This document shows, piece after piece, positions 1 to 9,088 of a DNA stretch of 24,000 nucleotides; the first letter of the stretch is position 1, and each line of letters begins with the position of its first letter. Location of the stretch: NCBI GenBank assembly GCA_023512435.1, contig JAILZP010000011.1:31630-55629 (forward strand), written 5' to 3'. A program made the position numbers and the translations under genes. The stretch comes from Peptococcaceae bacterium (GTDB taxonomy: Bacteria; Bacillota; Desulfotomaculia; Desulfotomaculales; Desulfocucumaceae). The notes beneath the pieces were generated by a model. That model had not been told where the DNA came from. It saw only the letters and a list, made by a program, of their open reading frames with translations, and made no database searches.

Positions 1-103
1 TCAATTGTTCTTCAATCAACCCGACAGTCATGGCAAACTCTCCTCATGACAATTGATAAAGCGCTGGAATGGGTTTTTCCCGCACCGGCCGCCGCAAATC
101 CGG

Positions 104-1486
104 TCAGCAGGGCAATAAGGTGAAAACCAGGACACCGATGACGAACCAGAGAGCAGAGAATACCAAACCGTAGCCATAGAACTTTCTGAAGTCCACCCGG
201 GCAATGCCGGCCGCCACCACATACCAGAAGGGAGACATCAGGTTGCCCATCTGGTCGCCGATGCCCAGGGCCAGCATTCCCCGCTGGTAAGTTACGCCGA
301 TCGCCGCCGCTGCCTTACTGGTTACAAAGCCCTGGATGACCCACTGCCCGCCGCTGGACGGGACGAAAATGGCGATTATCGTTCCGGCGATGGCCGCCAG
401 CAGGGGGAAGGTCAGCCTGGTAGAAACGGAAGCCATGGCGGTTGCAAAGGATTCGCCCACGGTGGTGTACTGGATTATACCGGCCAGGGCGGCGTACAGG
501 TGGTAGATGATGATTACCGACCAGGAAGACTTTACGGCCTCCTGCAGGGCCCTGGTAAAGTTGTAAACGTTCTTGTGAAGCAGGAAGCACAGAAGCAGGA
601 AGATGGCGTTCAGCGAGTTCAGGTCCAGGCTCAGCTTCTTAACCGCAAAATGGTAATACAGCCAGCCCAGCAGGGCGGCGCACAGGATAAGGGTGATAAA
701 GGTGTATCTTTCCAGCCGTTCTGAATAGGTCAGCTGTTCTCGCTTAGCGTCGCCGGTGGTCACAAAGTCGCTGGTAATGTTAACCTCCGCCAGTTTTTGC
801 GATTCCGGGTAGGCGGAGATGGGGGTGGCATTTTTGGGCGCGAATAAACGGGCAGCTATAATCAGGACCAAAGTAAAAATGATTACCATGGCCACCGCCG
901 CCGGGGACCAGATAGTTGTATTTAATGACATGATCCCCGTGGTTTTCTCCAGGAAGTGGCCGGGGGTAGCCATCAGCAGGGGGCCGCTGGCGGACAAACC
1001 ATACTGCCAGACCGAGTGGGCCGCATAAAAAACAGCCAGCGTAAAAAGAAAGTCGACTTTTATCCCCTTTCTCTCAGCCTCGTTGCAGAAATAAACAGCG
1101 ATGATGGGGGCCAGGGCCACGGCCAGTCCCCAATAGAAGTAGGCCAGGATCGAAACCAGCAAGATTCCCACCACGTGCACCTGAAAGGCTGTTCTGGGTA
1201 TTCCCGACAGCGCAATGACAATACGCCTGAAAATCGGAGTGGACCCGAACACCGAGCTTAACGTGATGATCAAAGTCATCTGCATGGTGAAGGGCAACAG
1301 CATCCACAGTCCCTTGTAATAGGCGTCCATGGTTTTGGACAGAGGGTTGCCTATGACCAAGGCGATGACAAACAGGATGACCAGGAAAAAGATGGAGGCG
1401 GTAATGGCGTCCGGCACCACTCCCTCCATGAACCGCGAAAAACGAACTATTCCGCCCTGCTGTTCTTTTTGCGCACCAGCTTGCAT
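104..1486 (-). CDS. atoE: Short-chain fatty acid transporter, AtoE/TIGR00366-like
   Basis: 460 aa multi-TM protein with AtoE-like stretches (VPSSGGQWVIQGF, GIGDQMGNLMSPFWYVVAAGIARVDFRKFYGY); RBS AAGGAGTG upstream of ATG. Confidence 0.88.
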   Translation of the reverse strand: MQAGAQKEQQGGIVRFSRFMEGVVPDAITASIFFLVILFVIALVIGNPLSKTMDAYYKGLWMLLPFTMQMTLIITLSSVFGSTPIFRRIVIALSGIPRTAFQVHVVGILLVSILAYFYWGLAVALAPIIAVYFCNEAERKGIKVDFLFTLAVFYAAHSVWQYGLSASGPLLMATPGHFLEKTTGIMSLNTTIWSPAAVAMVIIFTLVLIIAARLFAPKNATPISAYPESQKLAEVNITSDFVTTGDAKREQLTYSERLERYTFITLILCAALLGWLYYHFAVKKLSLDLNSLNAIFLLLCFLLHKNVYNFTRALQEAVKSSWSVIIIYHLYAALAGIIQYTTVGESFATAMASVSTRLTFPLLAAIAGTIIAIFVPSSGGQWVIQGFVTSKAAAAIGVTYQRGMLALGIGDQMGNLMSPFWYVVAAGIARVDFRKFYGYGLVFSALWFVIGVLVFTLLPC

Positions 1487-1550
1487 AATTTCACTCCTTA
1501 TTATGTTGATTGACTATCAAACAAGGAACGATCATGAACGGGACTCATGT

Positions 1551-1637
1551 TCAAAAAAACCCCGCCTGGGCCGCCACCTGGGCAATCCCCGCCCCCTTGA
1601 AGCCGGGCCCGATTACGGTGATGGTTTTCACTTCCAC
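1551..1637 (-). pseudogene. N-terminal remnant of a 3-hydroxyacyl-CoA (3-hydroxybutyryl-CoA) dehydrogenase
   Basis: Translation from GTG 1637: MEVKTITVIGPGFKGAGIAQVAAQAGFF*, matching the Rossmann start of this family (..ITVIGAGxMGxGIAQVAAxAGF..). An RBS (GGAGGAG) precedes it; the ORF stops right after a T7 run and no downstream part of the protein follows before atoE. Confidence 0.62.
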
Positions 1638-1653
1638 TGATACTCCTCCTGTC

Positions 1654-2421
1654 TTATTCGGTAATGTAGCCGTACACCGACCAGCCTCCGTCCACCACGA
1701 TGGCCTGACCGTTTATGTAGCTGGAATCGTCAGAGGCCAGGAACACCGCCACCCTGGCCACTTCCTCCACGTTCCCCAGACGCCCCATAGGGCAGCGCTT
1801 GGCCAGTTTGGCCTCGTCCAGCATCCCCCTGCCGATGAGGTCGGTGACCAGTTCGGTCATTATATAGCCGGGGCAGATGGCGTTTACCCGGATGTTGTCC
1901 TTTGCCCACTCCACCGCCAGCACCTTGGTCAGGGCGTTGATGCCGCCCTTGCTGGTGGAATAGGCAGCCCGGGCCGGGGCCGCCACCAGCCCGTACATGG
2001 AGGACATATTAATGATGTTGCCGGATTTCTGCTTTAACATCTGCCTGCCGGCCGTCTGGCTGCAGTAGAAGACTCCGTTCAAGTCTATGTCTATGGCCCG
2101 CCTCCAGTCCTCCAGGGGAATCCCGGCGGAGGGCTTGGCCATGGAAATCCCGGCATTGTTCACCAGTATGTCCAGCCGGTCGAATTCCGATACCACCCTT
2201 TCCACCATGGCGCTGACATCAACGGGGTCGGCCACGTTGGCTTTCACGGCTATGGACCGGCCGCCCCTCCGGCGGATCTCCTCCGCCGTTTTGTTGGCAC
2301 CCTCAAAGGTGGTGGCGTTCACCGCCACGGCCGCCCCCTCGGAGGCAAAGGCCAGGCAGATGGCCCTGCCGATGCCCCTGCTGCCTCCCGTTACCAGCGC
2401 CACCTTGTCCTTAAGCTTCAT
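1654..2421 (-). CDS. SDR-family NAD(P)-dependent oxidoreductase (3-oxoacyl-ACP reductase / 3-hydroxyacyl dehydrogenase-like)
   Basis: 255 aa; TGGSRGIG cofactor motif, NNAG, S..YxxxK (MYGLVAAPARAAYSTSKGG), C-terminal GQAIVVDGGW. Confidence 0.93.
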   Translation of the reverse strand: MKLKDKVALVTGGSRGIGRAICLAFASEGAAVAVNATTFEGANKTAEEIRRRGGRSIAVKANVADPVDVSAMVERVVSEFDRLDILVNNAGISMAKPSAGIPLEDWRRAIDIDLNGVFYCSQTAGRQMLKQKSGNIINMSSMYGLVAAPARAAYSTSKGGINALTKVLAVEWAKDNIRVNAICPGYIMTELVTDLIGRGMLDEAKLAKRCPMGRLGNVEEVARVAVFLASDDSSYINGQAIVVDGGWSVYGYITE

Positions 2422-2433
2422 TTTCCTGCCACC

Positions 2434-3957
2434 TTACCTTTGTTTTTTCGTAAACTCCCGCTCCCTGATCGCGCGCTTTAGTATCTTCCCGGTGGAACCC
2501 TTAGGCAGGGCGTCCAGGAACTTCACATAGCGGGGGATCTTGTAGGGGGCTATCTTCGACTTGCAGTACTCCCTGATCTCCTCTTCTGTGGCTGTTTCAC
2601 CCTCCTTTAGCACCACGAAGGCCTTGACCTCTTCTCCCTTCAGCTCGTCGGGCACTCCCACCACGGCGGCCTCGGCCACCTTGGAGCAGGAGTAGAGAAC
2701 TTCTTCAACCTCCCTGGGGTAGACGTTGTAACCGCTCTTCAGGATCATGTCCTTCTTCCTGTCCACGATGAATATGTAGCCGTCCTCATCCTTGTAGGCC
2801 ATGTCGCCGGTGTGGAACCAGCCCCCCCGCATGGCCAGGGCCGTGGCCTCCGGGTCCTTGTAATAACCCTTCATCACGTTGGGGCCCCTGACCACTATCT
2901 CGCCCACCTTGTTCACCGGCAGTTCGTTGTCCTTATCGTCAAATATCTTGATCTCCACCCCGTCAATGGGTATGCCCGTAGAGGCAGGCTTGCGGGGACC
3001 TTCGATGGTGTTGAAGGCGCACACCGGAGAGGTTTCGGACAGTCCGTAGCCCTCGATGACAATGCAGTTGAACATACTTTCGAATTTGGACAACACCTCC
3101 ACCGGGATGGGTGCCCCGCCGGAAACGCACAGGCGCAAGCTGGCGGTGTTGAATTTTAGGGCGTCCGGGTGGTTGATCAGGTAAGTGAACATGGTGGGAA
3201 CACCTGTGAATATAGTGGCCCCGTTGTCCTGGATGGACTTTAGTATTTCCACCGGATCAAACCTCTGGTGCAGGATGAGGGTGCCGCCGTTGTAGATACA
3301 GGTGTTCATCACGCAGGTCTGCCCGAAGCTGTGGGCCAGGGGCAGCACAGCAATCATCCTGTCCCCGGGGTTGCCCCTGATGATACCGTTGTAGGTCAGC
3401 ACATTGGAGCTGATGTTGCCCTGGGACAGCATGGCGCCCTTGGGCCGGCCCGTTGTCCCGGAGGTGTATATGATCACCGCCGGGTCGTCCTCGCTGATTT
3501 TTACCTCCACCGGGCAATCGTCCGAAGATGAAACCAGCCTTTCAAAGTTTATGATCCCCTGGCCCTCCATGCCGGAAACAATGACGCGTTCCAGGCCGCC
3601 AACCCCGCTGATCCCCTTTTGCACCTCCGGGTAATGATCTCTGTCGGTGATAATGATCCGGGAGTCGGAGTGCCGCAAAATATAGTTGATTTCCTCAGCC
3701 CGCAGCAGCACATTAATGGGCACCACCACTGCGCCCAGTTGCTGGACGGCGTAGTAGCCGATTACAAATTCACTGACGTTGGGCAGGTACAGGGACACCT
3801 TGCTCCCGGAAGCGATGCCCAGGCCCTTCAGCCCGTTGCTCAACCTGCTGGCCAGTCCAAAAAGATCGGCGTAACTGACAGTCCGGCTTCCCTCGATGAG
3901 GGCAATCCCGCCGGGCTTACCCGTTCCTCCCCGCACGAAAATCTCCTTGACAAGCAT
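2434..3957 (-). CDS. AMP-forming acyl-CoA synthetase (long-chain fatty acid--CoA ligase-like)
   Basis: 507 aa; YTSGTTGRPKGAMLS, GYGLSETSPV, GWFHTGD, DRKKDMILKSGYNVYPREVEE, GSTGKILKR motifs. Confidence 0.94.
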   Translation of the reverse strand: MLVKEIFVRGGTGKPGGIALIEGSRTVSYADLFGLASRLSNGLKGLGIASGSKVSLYLPNVSEFVIGYYAVQQLGAVVVPINVLLRAEEINYILRHSDSRIIITDRDHYPEVQKGISGVGGLERVIVSGMEGQGIINFERLVSSSDDCPVEVKISEDDPAVIIYTSGTTGRPKGAMLSQGNISSNVLTYNGIIRGNPGDRMIAVLPLAHSFGQTCVMNTCIYNGGTLILHQRFDPVEILKSIQDNGATIFTGVPTMFTYLINHPDALKFNTASLRLCVSGGAPIPVEVLSKFESMFNCIVIEGYGLSETSPVCAFNTIEGPRKPASTGIPIDGVEIKIFDDKDNELPVNKVGEIVVRGPNVMKGYYKDPEATALAMRGGWFHTGDMAYKDEDGYIFIVDRKKDMILKSGYNVYPREVEEVLYSCSKVAEAAVVGVPDELKGEEVKAFVVLKEGETATEEEIREYCKSKIAPYKIPRYVKFLDALPKGSTGKILKRAIREREFTKKQR

Positions 3958-4078
3958 TCCACAATCCTCCGTTGGAAATTATACTGTCGACCTGAAGGCC
4001 TCTTCCGGCCCAATCCGCCGGTACCTCCCGCTAACCGGCACCTCCCACTAAATTGACTATTCTGAAAAAATGTTATTT

Positions 4079-4094
4079 TGCAAATGATATGCCA
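4079..4094 (-). promoter_or_regulatory. Candidate sigma-54 (-24/-12) promoter for the acyl-CoA synthetase/SDR/AtoE operon
   Basis: Minus strand reads TGGCATATCATTTGCA, with the GG..10 nt..GC spacing of the TGGCACGNNNNTTGCW consensus; upstream of the CDS starting at 3957 and downstream of the sigma-54 activator gene. Confidence 0.72.
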
Positions 4095-4193
4095 TATGAA
4101 AAATTTGCGGTTAATGCGAAATATTTTCCTTAACAGAATTTTAAATGAGTCATAATTGGGTCAGTCCGGGGAGGTTTCCCTTAAAAAACAAGC

Positions 4194-4225
4194 GGCTCAC
4201 TGAGTCATTAATAACTCAGTGAGCC
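4194..4225 (-). terminator. Rho-independent terminator of the sigma-54 activator gene
   Basis: Perfect 12-bp inverted repeat GGCTCACTGAGT/ACTCAGTGAGCC with 8-nt loop, followed on the minus strand by GCTTGTTTTTT. Confidence 0.78.
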
Positions 4226-4243
4226 TAAACTGAATCACAAATT

Positions 4244-6328
4244 CTACTTTGAACTTATTTTCCTTATCCTCCGGGAGACCGTGGACTGACTTATCTCCAG
4301 AACCCTGGCCACCTTTCTGGTGCTTCCGTACAGCTCCATGGCCGCCATTATAATATCCCTTTCGTAATGTTCCAGGGCCTTTTTCAACGGTATGAATTCC
4401 CTGGCCTTCCTCTGCCCGCCGCCGGCCTGCACCGCCGTTTTAATATTGGCCGGCAAGTCTGTAAAGGTGATTAAATCTCCGGGGGTGGTGATAACCAACC
4501 TTTCAATTATATTGATCAGCTCCCGCACATTCCCGGGCCAGGAATAATTCATCAGGTGGTCCACCGTTTCAGAGTCTATCACCTTTTTGGTTTTGAACTT
4601 GTCGTTGAAAATACAAAGGTAATGGCTGATCAAGGCTGAAATGTCCTCCGGCCTTTCCCTCAGTGGCGGTATTTCAATAGGGACCACATTCAGCCGGTAG
4701 TACAAGTCCTCCCGGAACCTGCCCTCCCGGGTGAGTTGAGAAATGTCCCTGTTGGTGGCGGCAATCACCCTCACGTCCACCCTTAGGGTGTCAAGTCCCC
4801 CGATCCTCATTATTTCCTGCTCCTGCAGCACTCTGAGAAGTTTGACCTGCATTTCCAGGGGCAACTCGGTCACCTCATCCAGGAAAAGGGTCCCCTTGTC
4901 CGCAATTTCAAACAGGCCGGGCTTGCCCTCCCTCTTGGCCCCGGTAAAGGCCCCCTTCTCATAGCCGAACAACTCGGACTCCAGGAGGTTGACCGGTATT
5001 GCGCCGCAGTTGATGGTAACAAACCTTCCCCGGTCGTTCCTGGGGCTGAGCCGGTGCAGCATCCTGGCCACAACCTCCTTGCCCACACCGGATTCCCCCG
5101 CGATTAGAACTGTGGAGTCCACCGAGGCCACTCTGGAAACCATGTCCAAAACATTTTTCATCAGCTTGCTGCGGGCCACCACGTCCTCCTGGAGGATCAG
5201 CTTCAGCCTCAGCTCGTTGACCTCGTTCTTGTAGCGGTTGGCCAGGTCCTTTTGCCGGATCAGGCTTTCCTTGAGCATGCTCAGCTCGGAAACGTCCCTG
5301 ACGTTGGTAACCACGTAGATAATGTTGCCCTTGTCGTCAAAGACCGGGTTCCCGGTCACTATGGTCTGCCTGCCGGTGCTTACGTTCTGCACCAGGGTCA
5401 CCGACCTCTTCTCCCTCAGCACCCTCAGGGTAACGGACTCGTCCACGGTGCCGTCCAGTTCCATGTCCCTCATGTTCCTGCCGATGCACTTTTCCCTGGG
5501 CAACCCAGTGATCCTTTCAATGGCGTCGTTCACCCGCAAGGTGGTGCCGTTGTGATCGGTGATCCAGATACCGTCGTATGAGGAATTGATAATGGCGTCA
5601 AGTTGCCTGTTCAGGCTCTTTACCCTGTTCAACTCCTCCGAGATGCTTTCCAATTCGCTGAAATCCTGGAATACCGCCACCGCCCCGATTATTTCACCAT
5701 TGTTCATGATGAGGGAATAATTGGCAAAAATCGTCTTGTCAGGAGCAATCTCGGTCTTTACATTGAACTCGGGCCGGCAGGTTTTCAGTATCCACGGAAG
5801 CCTGGACTTGGGCAGCACATCAACGATGTTCATCCCCACCGCGTTGACGCCCTCCATGCCCAGTATGCGCCTGGCCGAGGCGTTGAATATGTTGATCACC
5901 CCGTTCTTGTTCACCGCCACAATGCCGTTGTTGGTGGAGTCAATAAGGGACCGCAGGCTGGACAGGCTGTAGTGCACTCCCTTTTCATAGGAGTTTAAAA
6001 TGTCCGCCGACCTGATTACACCCAGGAATATCCTATCGCTGTCGACTACGGGCAGGATCAGCTTAAAATCCTTGGGGATGTCGATGACCAGGGTGTCCTT
6101 CAAAACAACGGGGAAACCGGTGTCCAGCACGTCTCCCACCGGCTTTCGCAGCTCCGTCTCCCCCGAGCCCAGGGCAGACGTAATTTTAAACACACCGCAG
6201 TACTTTCCTCCGTCCACCACCGGCACGATAAAAAGGTCCCGGACTGTGCACTCCTCCAAGGCGCCGCCGACGGTTTCGCCGGGAGACAAAACCAGTTCGG
6301 CTTCACTCATAATGTCCTGCACCAGCAC
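4244..6328 (-). CDS. Sigma-54-dependent transcriptional activator with N-terminal CBS pair and PAS domains, AAA+ domain, Fis-type HTH
   Basis: 694 aa; CBS-like N-terminus, two PAS-like regions, [38 protein letters not shown]-terminal HTH ([23 protein letters not shown]). Confidence 0.93.
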   Translation of the reverse strand: MLVQDIMSEAELVLSPGETVGGALEECTVRDLFIVPVVDGGKYCGVFKITSALGSGETELRKPVGDVLDTGFPVVLKDTLVIDIPKDFKLILPVVDSDRIFLGVIRSADILNSYEKGVHYSLSSLRSLIDSTNNGIVAVNKNGVINIFNASARRILGMEGVNAVGMNIVDVLPKSRLPWILKTCRPEFNVKTEIAPDKTIFANYSLIMNNGEIIGAVAVFQDFSELESISEELNRVKSLNRQLDAIINSSYDGIWITDHNGTTLRVNDAIERITGLPREKCIGRNMRDMELDGTVDESVTLRVLREKRSVTLVQNVSTGRQTIVTGNPVFDDKGNIIYVVTNVRDVSELSMLKESLIRQKDLANRYKNEVNELRLKLILQEDVVARSKLMKNVLDMVSRVASVDSTVLIAGESGVGKEVVARMLHRLSPRNDRGRFVTINCGAIPVNLLESELFGYEKGAFTGAKREGKPGLFEIADKGTLFLDEVTELPLEMQVKLLRVLQEQEIMRIGGLDTLRVDVRVIAATNRDISQLTREGRFREDLYYRLNVVPIEIPPLRERPEDISALISHYLCIFNDKFKTKKVIDSETVDHLMNYSWPGNVRELINIIERLVITTPGDLITFTDLPANIKTAVQAGGGQRKAREFIPLKKALEHYERDIIMAAMELYGSTRKVARVLEISQSTVSRRIRKISSK

Positions 6329-6673
6329 ATTCCTTCCCCCTTAATACCCTTTAAGCCGTCCTTTCAACAACTTACTTTTCGTCATCCAAAATTCGTTCCG
6401 TCAGGAATTTTAGATTTCCCCCGGTGATGAACCGGGCAGGACAATCACATAGTTCAGGGCCTTTACGGCGTTGATAATGGTATATACCGCCATCAACCGG
6501 CAGGCCAGCCCGGCCAAGTCCCAGATTTTATCAAGGGCAACCCGTTTCTGATTGCTTCCGCAACCATGCGGCCCTGCGGTTCCAATCTACTGATGAAAAA
6601 ATTACAATTGAAAACATTATCACCCGGATGGAATAAAAAGTCAACCAAACGATATACTGCAAACCTGGATTAT

Positions 6674-7030
6674 CTATTTTTCATTGCAATATTGATCCAA
6701 ATAGCTCAAATAAAAAATAAGCATGGAAGTTTCGTTATCATAATCATATTTACTTATACCTTGCTTAATAAATAATTCCAGCTGTAATTTATTGCTATTT
6801 GAGTAGACACTTCCTGTTTTTGTTTCAAAGAAATCGTCTTCTCGCCCGCCCACATGCACATAATCATTCTGGTAATATAAGATGCTTTTGTCATTTCTAA
6901 CAAGTTTATACACAACAAATTTTAATTTGTCTGCAGTTAATTTGAGTTGATTATTCCTTAAGCAATGAACAATATTATATGCAATATGCCGCAAAGTGGG
7001 GCCTACCAATTCTATTGCGGATGTTTCCAT
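6674..7030 (-). CDS. Hypothetical protein in an AT-rich island
   Basis: 118 aa ORF, no family recognised, weak start context. Confidence 0.35.
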   Translation of the reverse strand: METSAIELVGPTLRHIAYNIVHCLRNNQLKLTADKLKFVVYKLVRNDKSILYYQNDYVHVGGREDDFFETKTGSVYSNSNKLQLELFIKQGISKYDYDNETSMLIFYLSYLDQYCNEK

Positions 7031-7152
7031 AAATCTAGGGATTACTTTATGCTTATACTTTATTATTAATGGATCTTGTCATCCCTGACCCAGCATTCCC
7101 CGGCGTGGTAAAGGCAGTTGACACTGGGCAGGAATATGAACTTAATATGAAC

Positions 7153-7389
7153 TTATCGTAAGTTGCCTCCAAAAACCGCTTTATTAAACTCATCCGAAGT
7201 GACGTCAACAAATTTCACTTCAACTTTATCACCAAATTTTTCTTTAAACACAAGTCCCAGTTCCTCAGTTTCATCCTTCATAGTCTTTGCTGGGCCGCAT
7301 CCAGCGGCACCCGACCCGCAGCCTCACCCGCCGGACTGAACCGGTTCGTTCACACCAAATACTTTGACCGCAATTTTTTGCATTTCCAT
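7153..7389 (-). CDS. Candidate selenoprotein (Sec at codon 22, in-frame UGA), small thioredoxin-like protein in the acr3-arsR operon
   Basis: Single frame of 79 codons: MEMQKIAVKVFGVNEPVQSGG(UGA)GCGSGAAGCGPAKTMKDETEELGLVFKEKFGDKVEVKFVDVTSDEFNKAVFGGNLR*. RBS GGAGG 8 nt before the ATG; starts about 20 nt after arsR stop; UGA at 7324..7326; SECIS-like hairpin just downstream. Confidence 0.7.
7292..7311 (-). promoter_or_regulatory. Candidate bacterial SECIS hairpin
   Basis: RNA GG-U-GCCGC-UGGAU-GCGGC-CC: 5-bp GC stem plus 2 bp below a bulged U, apical loop with GG, loop starting 20 nt after the UGA. Layout resembles E. coli fdhF SECIS (bulged U17, loop G23/U24). Confidence 0.58.
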
Positions 7390-7409
7390 CTTCACATCCT
7401 CCATTTGCG

Positions 7410-7844
7410 TTATTCGTTATCATGTAATGCGTTCAGGTTTTTTTGAGCCCCCGCAGGGAGTAATTTCCCCCTCAATTTGCAGTATGACATTTCGTCATTC
7501 TGCGCCGGTGATGCCGGAACACCCTTGTTTACCCTCTCTTCCACGATGCTTAAGACCAGTTCTTTATATCTGTTATGGTTCTCCACCATTTTATGGCCGA
7601 TAATGGAGTAGTACATCCACTTGCCTTTTTTCCTGTTGGATATCAGCCCGGCTTTTCTTAAAATACCGAGATGGTGCGAAACCGCCGGCTGGGACATGCC
7701 CAGCCGGTCCACCAGTTCGCAGACGCACATTTCATGATCCGTCAGCAAGCTGATTATTCTCATCCTGGTAACGTCCGACAGCGCGCTGAAGTAACCGCAC
7801 AATTCCCGCACGTCCCGCTTCCCGATCAGGCTGCCGCCGTTCAT
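7410..7844 (-). CDS. arsR: ArsR-family transcriptional regulator
   Basis: Track ORF 7410..8099 is over-extended. The real start is [34 protein letters not shown].. at 7844, overlapping the acr3 stop (ATGA); [29 protein letters not shown] is the ArsR wHTH. Confidence 0.93.
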   Translation of the reverse strand: MNGGSLIGKRDVRELCGYFSALSDVTRMRIISLLTDHEMCVCELVDRLGMSQPAVSHHLGILRKAGLISNRKKGKWMYYSIIGHKMVENHNRYKELVLSIVEERVNKGVPASPAQNDEMSYCKLRGKLLPAGAQKNLNALHDNE

Positions 7845-8905
7845 CCCGCATCCCGCAATTCGTGGCTGAAGTATTTGCGTCTGAAATAAAGGGCCACGTT
7901 GACAAGGCTGATCAGCACCGGAACCTCCACCAGCGGGCCGATTACAGTGGCGAAGGCCTGGGCGGAGTGGATGCCGAAGACAGCCACAGCCACGGCGATG
8001 GCCAGCTCGAAGTCGTTGCTGGCGGCGGTGAAGGCAATGGTGGTGGTTTTTCCGTAGTCTGCCCCGATCCACTTTCCAAGGTAAAAGGTCACCAGCCACA
8101 TGAAAACAAAGTATATGGTCAGGGGAATGACAACCCTGATTACTTCGAGGGGCAGGGTGACAATCAGGTCGCCTTTAAGCGAGAACATTACCAGGATTGT
8201 AAACAGCAGGGCAATAAGCGTTATCTTGCTGATCCTGGGAATGAAATTCTTCTCGTACCATTCCCGGCCCCTGGATTTGACCAGCACCGCCCTGGTAATG
8301 TAGCCGGCAATGAAGGGAATACCCAGGTAAATGAACACGCTCTTGGCGATTTCGGCCATGGACACGTTGACCAAAACGCTTTTCAGGCCCAGCCAGGCCG
8401 GAATGACCGCAAGAAACACGTAGGCGTAAATGGAATATGTGAGCACCTGGAAGATGGCGTTGAAGGCCACCAGCCCGGTGACGTATTCCGGGTTTCCGCC
8501 GGCCAGGTCGTTCCACACCAGCACCATGGCGATGCAGCGGGCCAGGCCCACCAGGATGACCCCGGCCATTAAATCCGGCTTGTCCTGCAAAAGCAAAACG
8601 GCCAGGACGAACATGACGACGGGTCCCACAATCCAGTTTTGAACGAGCGACAGGGTTAAAAGCTTTTTATCCATGAAAACGGTGGGAAGTTCCTCGTAAC
8701 GCACCTTGGCCAGGGGGGGGTACATCATTAAAATAAGGCCGATGGCGATGGGTATATTTGTGGTGCCCACCTGAAATTTACCCCAGAAACCGGCGATCTG
8801 CGGGTATACATAACCTGCCCCCACTCCCACGGCCATGGCCAGGAAGATCCACAGGGTTAAATACCGGTCCAGGAATGAAAGTCTGCGTGTCACTGTTTGA
8901 GCCAT
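7841..8905 (-). CDS. acr3: Arsenite efflux transporter, Acr3 family
   Basis: 354 aa; [18 protein letters not shown] and [18 protein letters not shown] are Acr3 signatures; RBS AGGGAGG. Confidence 0.95.
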   Translation of the reverse strand: MAQTVTRRLSFLDRYLTLWIFLAMAVGVGAGYVYPQIAGFWGKFQVGTTNIPIAIGLILMMYPPLAKVRYEELPTVFMDKKLLTLSLVQNWIVGPVVMFVLAVLLLQDKPDLMAGVILVGLARCIAMVLVWNDLAGGNPEYVTGLVAFNAIFQVLTYSIYAYVFLAVIPAWLGLKSVLVNVSMAEIAKSVFIYLGIPFIAGYITRAVLVKSRGREWYEKNFIPRISKITLIALLFTILVMFSLKGDLIVTLPLEVIRVVIPLTIYFVFMWLVTFYLGKWIGADYGKTTTIAFTAASNDFELAIAVAVAVFGIHSAQAFATVIGPLVEVPVLISLVNVALYFRRKYFSHELRDAG

Positions 8906-9023
8906 AAATTATAACCTCCCTATACATTTATATCTGATTGAAAGGACCCTGAACAAAGTCTTTCCGCACGTCGGAATTAATATTACGAACCGCCGGTCAT
9001 GGCAAAAACATCCCTCCCTCTAT

Positions 9024-9049
9024 AACGCATAAACTTTTGTTTATGCGTT
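9024..9049. promoter_or_regulatory. Perfect 11-bp inverted repeat upstream of acr3, candidate operator
   Basis: AACGCATAAAC-TTTT-GTTTATGCGTT; no T-tract on either side; lies between the upstream terminator and acr3. Confidence 0.5.
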
Positions 9050-9056
9050 GTTCTAT

Positions 9057-9088
9057 AAAAAATGGGATGTTGCGTATCCCATTTTTTT
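9057..9088 (-). terminator. Rho-independent terminator (possibly bidirectional) after the thioredoxin-fusion gene
   Basis: AAATGGGAT-GTTGCGT-ATCCCATTT with T-tracts on both strands. Confidence 0.75.

Noticed and set aside
1510-2037. + strand 175-aa ORF
   Set aside because: Antisense to the SDR gene and the hbd remnant, no recognisable motifs; shadow ORF.
5603-5998. + strand 131-aa ORF (and neighbours 5252..5581, 5721..5972)
   Set aside because: Antisense to the sigma-54 activator, which has full motif support.
6434-6600. Minus-strand open frame ...VALDKIWDLAGLACRLMAVYTIINAVKALNYVIVLPGSSPGEI*
   Set aside because: Open but lacks a plausible start codon and RBS; insufficient support for a gene call.
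7249-7284. Translation starting only at internal Met after the UGA (MKDETEELG..) as an alternative to Sec
   Set aside because: No Shine-Dalgarno before that ATG, whereas the upstream ATG has an excellent RBS and the preceding sequence fits the fold; kept as a fallback only.
7845-8099. N-terminal 85 aa of track ORF 7410..8099
   Set aside because: Out-of-frame overlap with acr3; real ArsR starts at 7844.
7862-8572. + strand 236-aa ORF
   Set aside because: Antisense to acr3, low-complexity hydrophilic shadow sequence.
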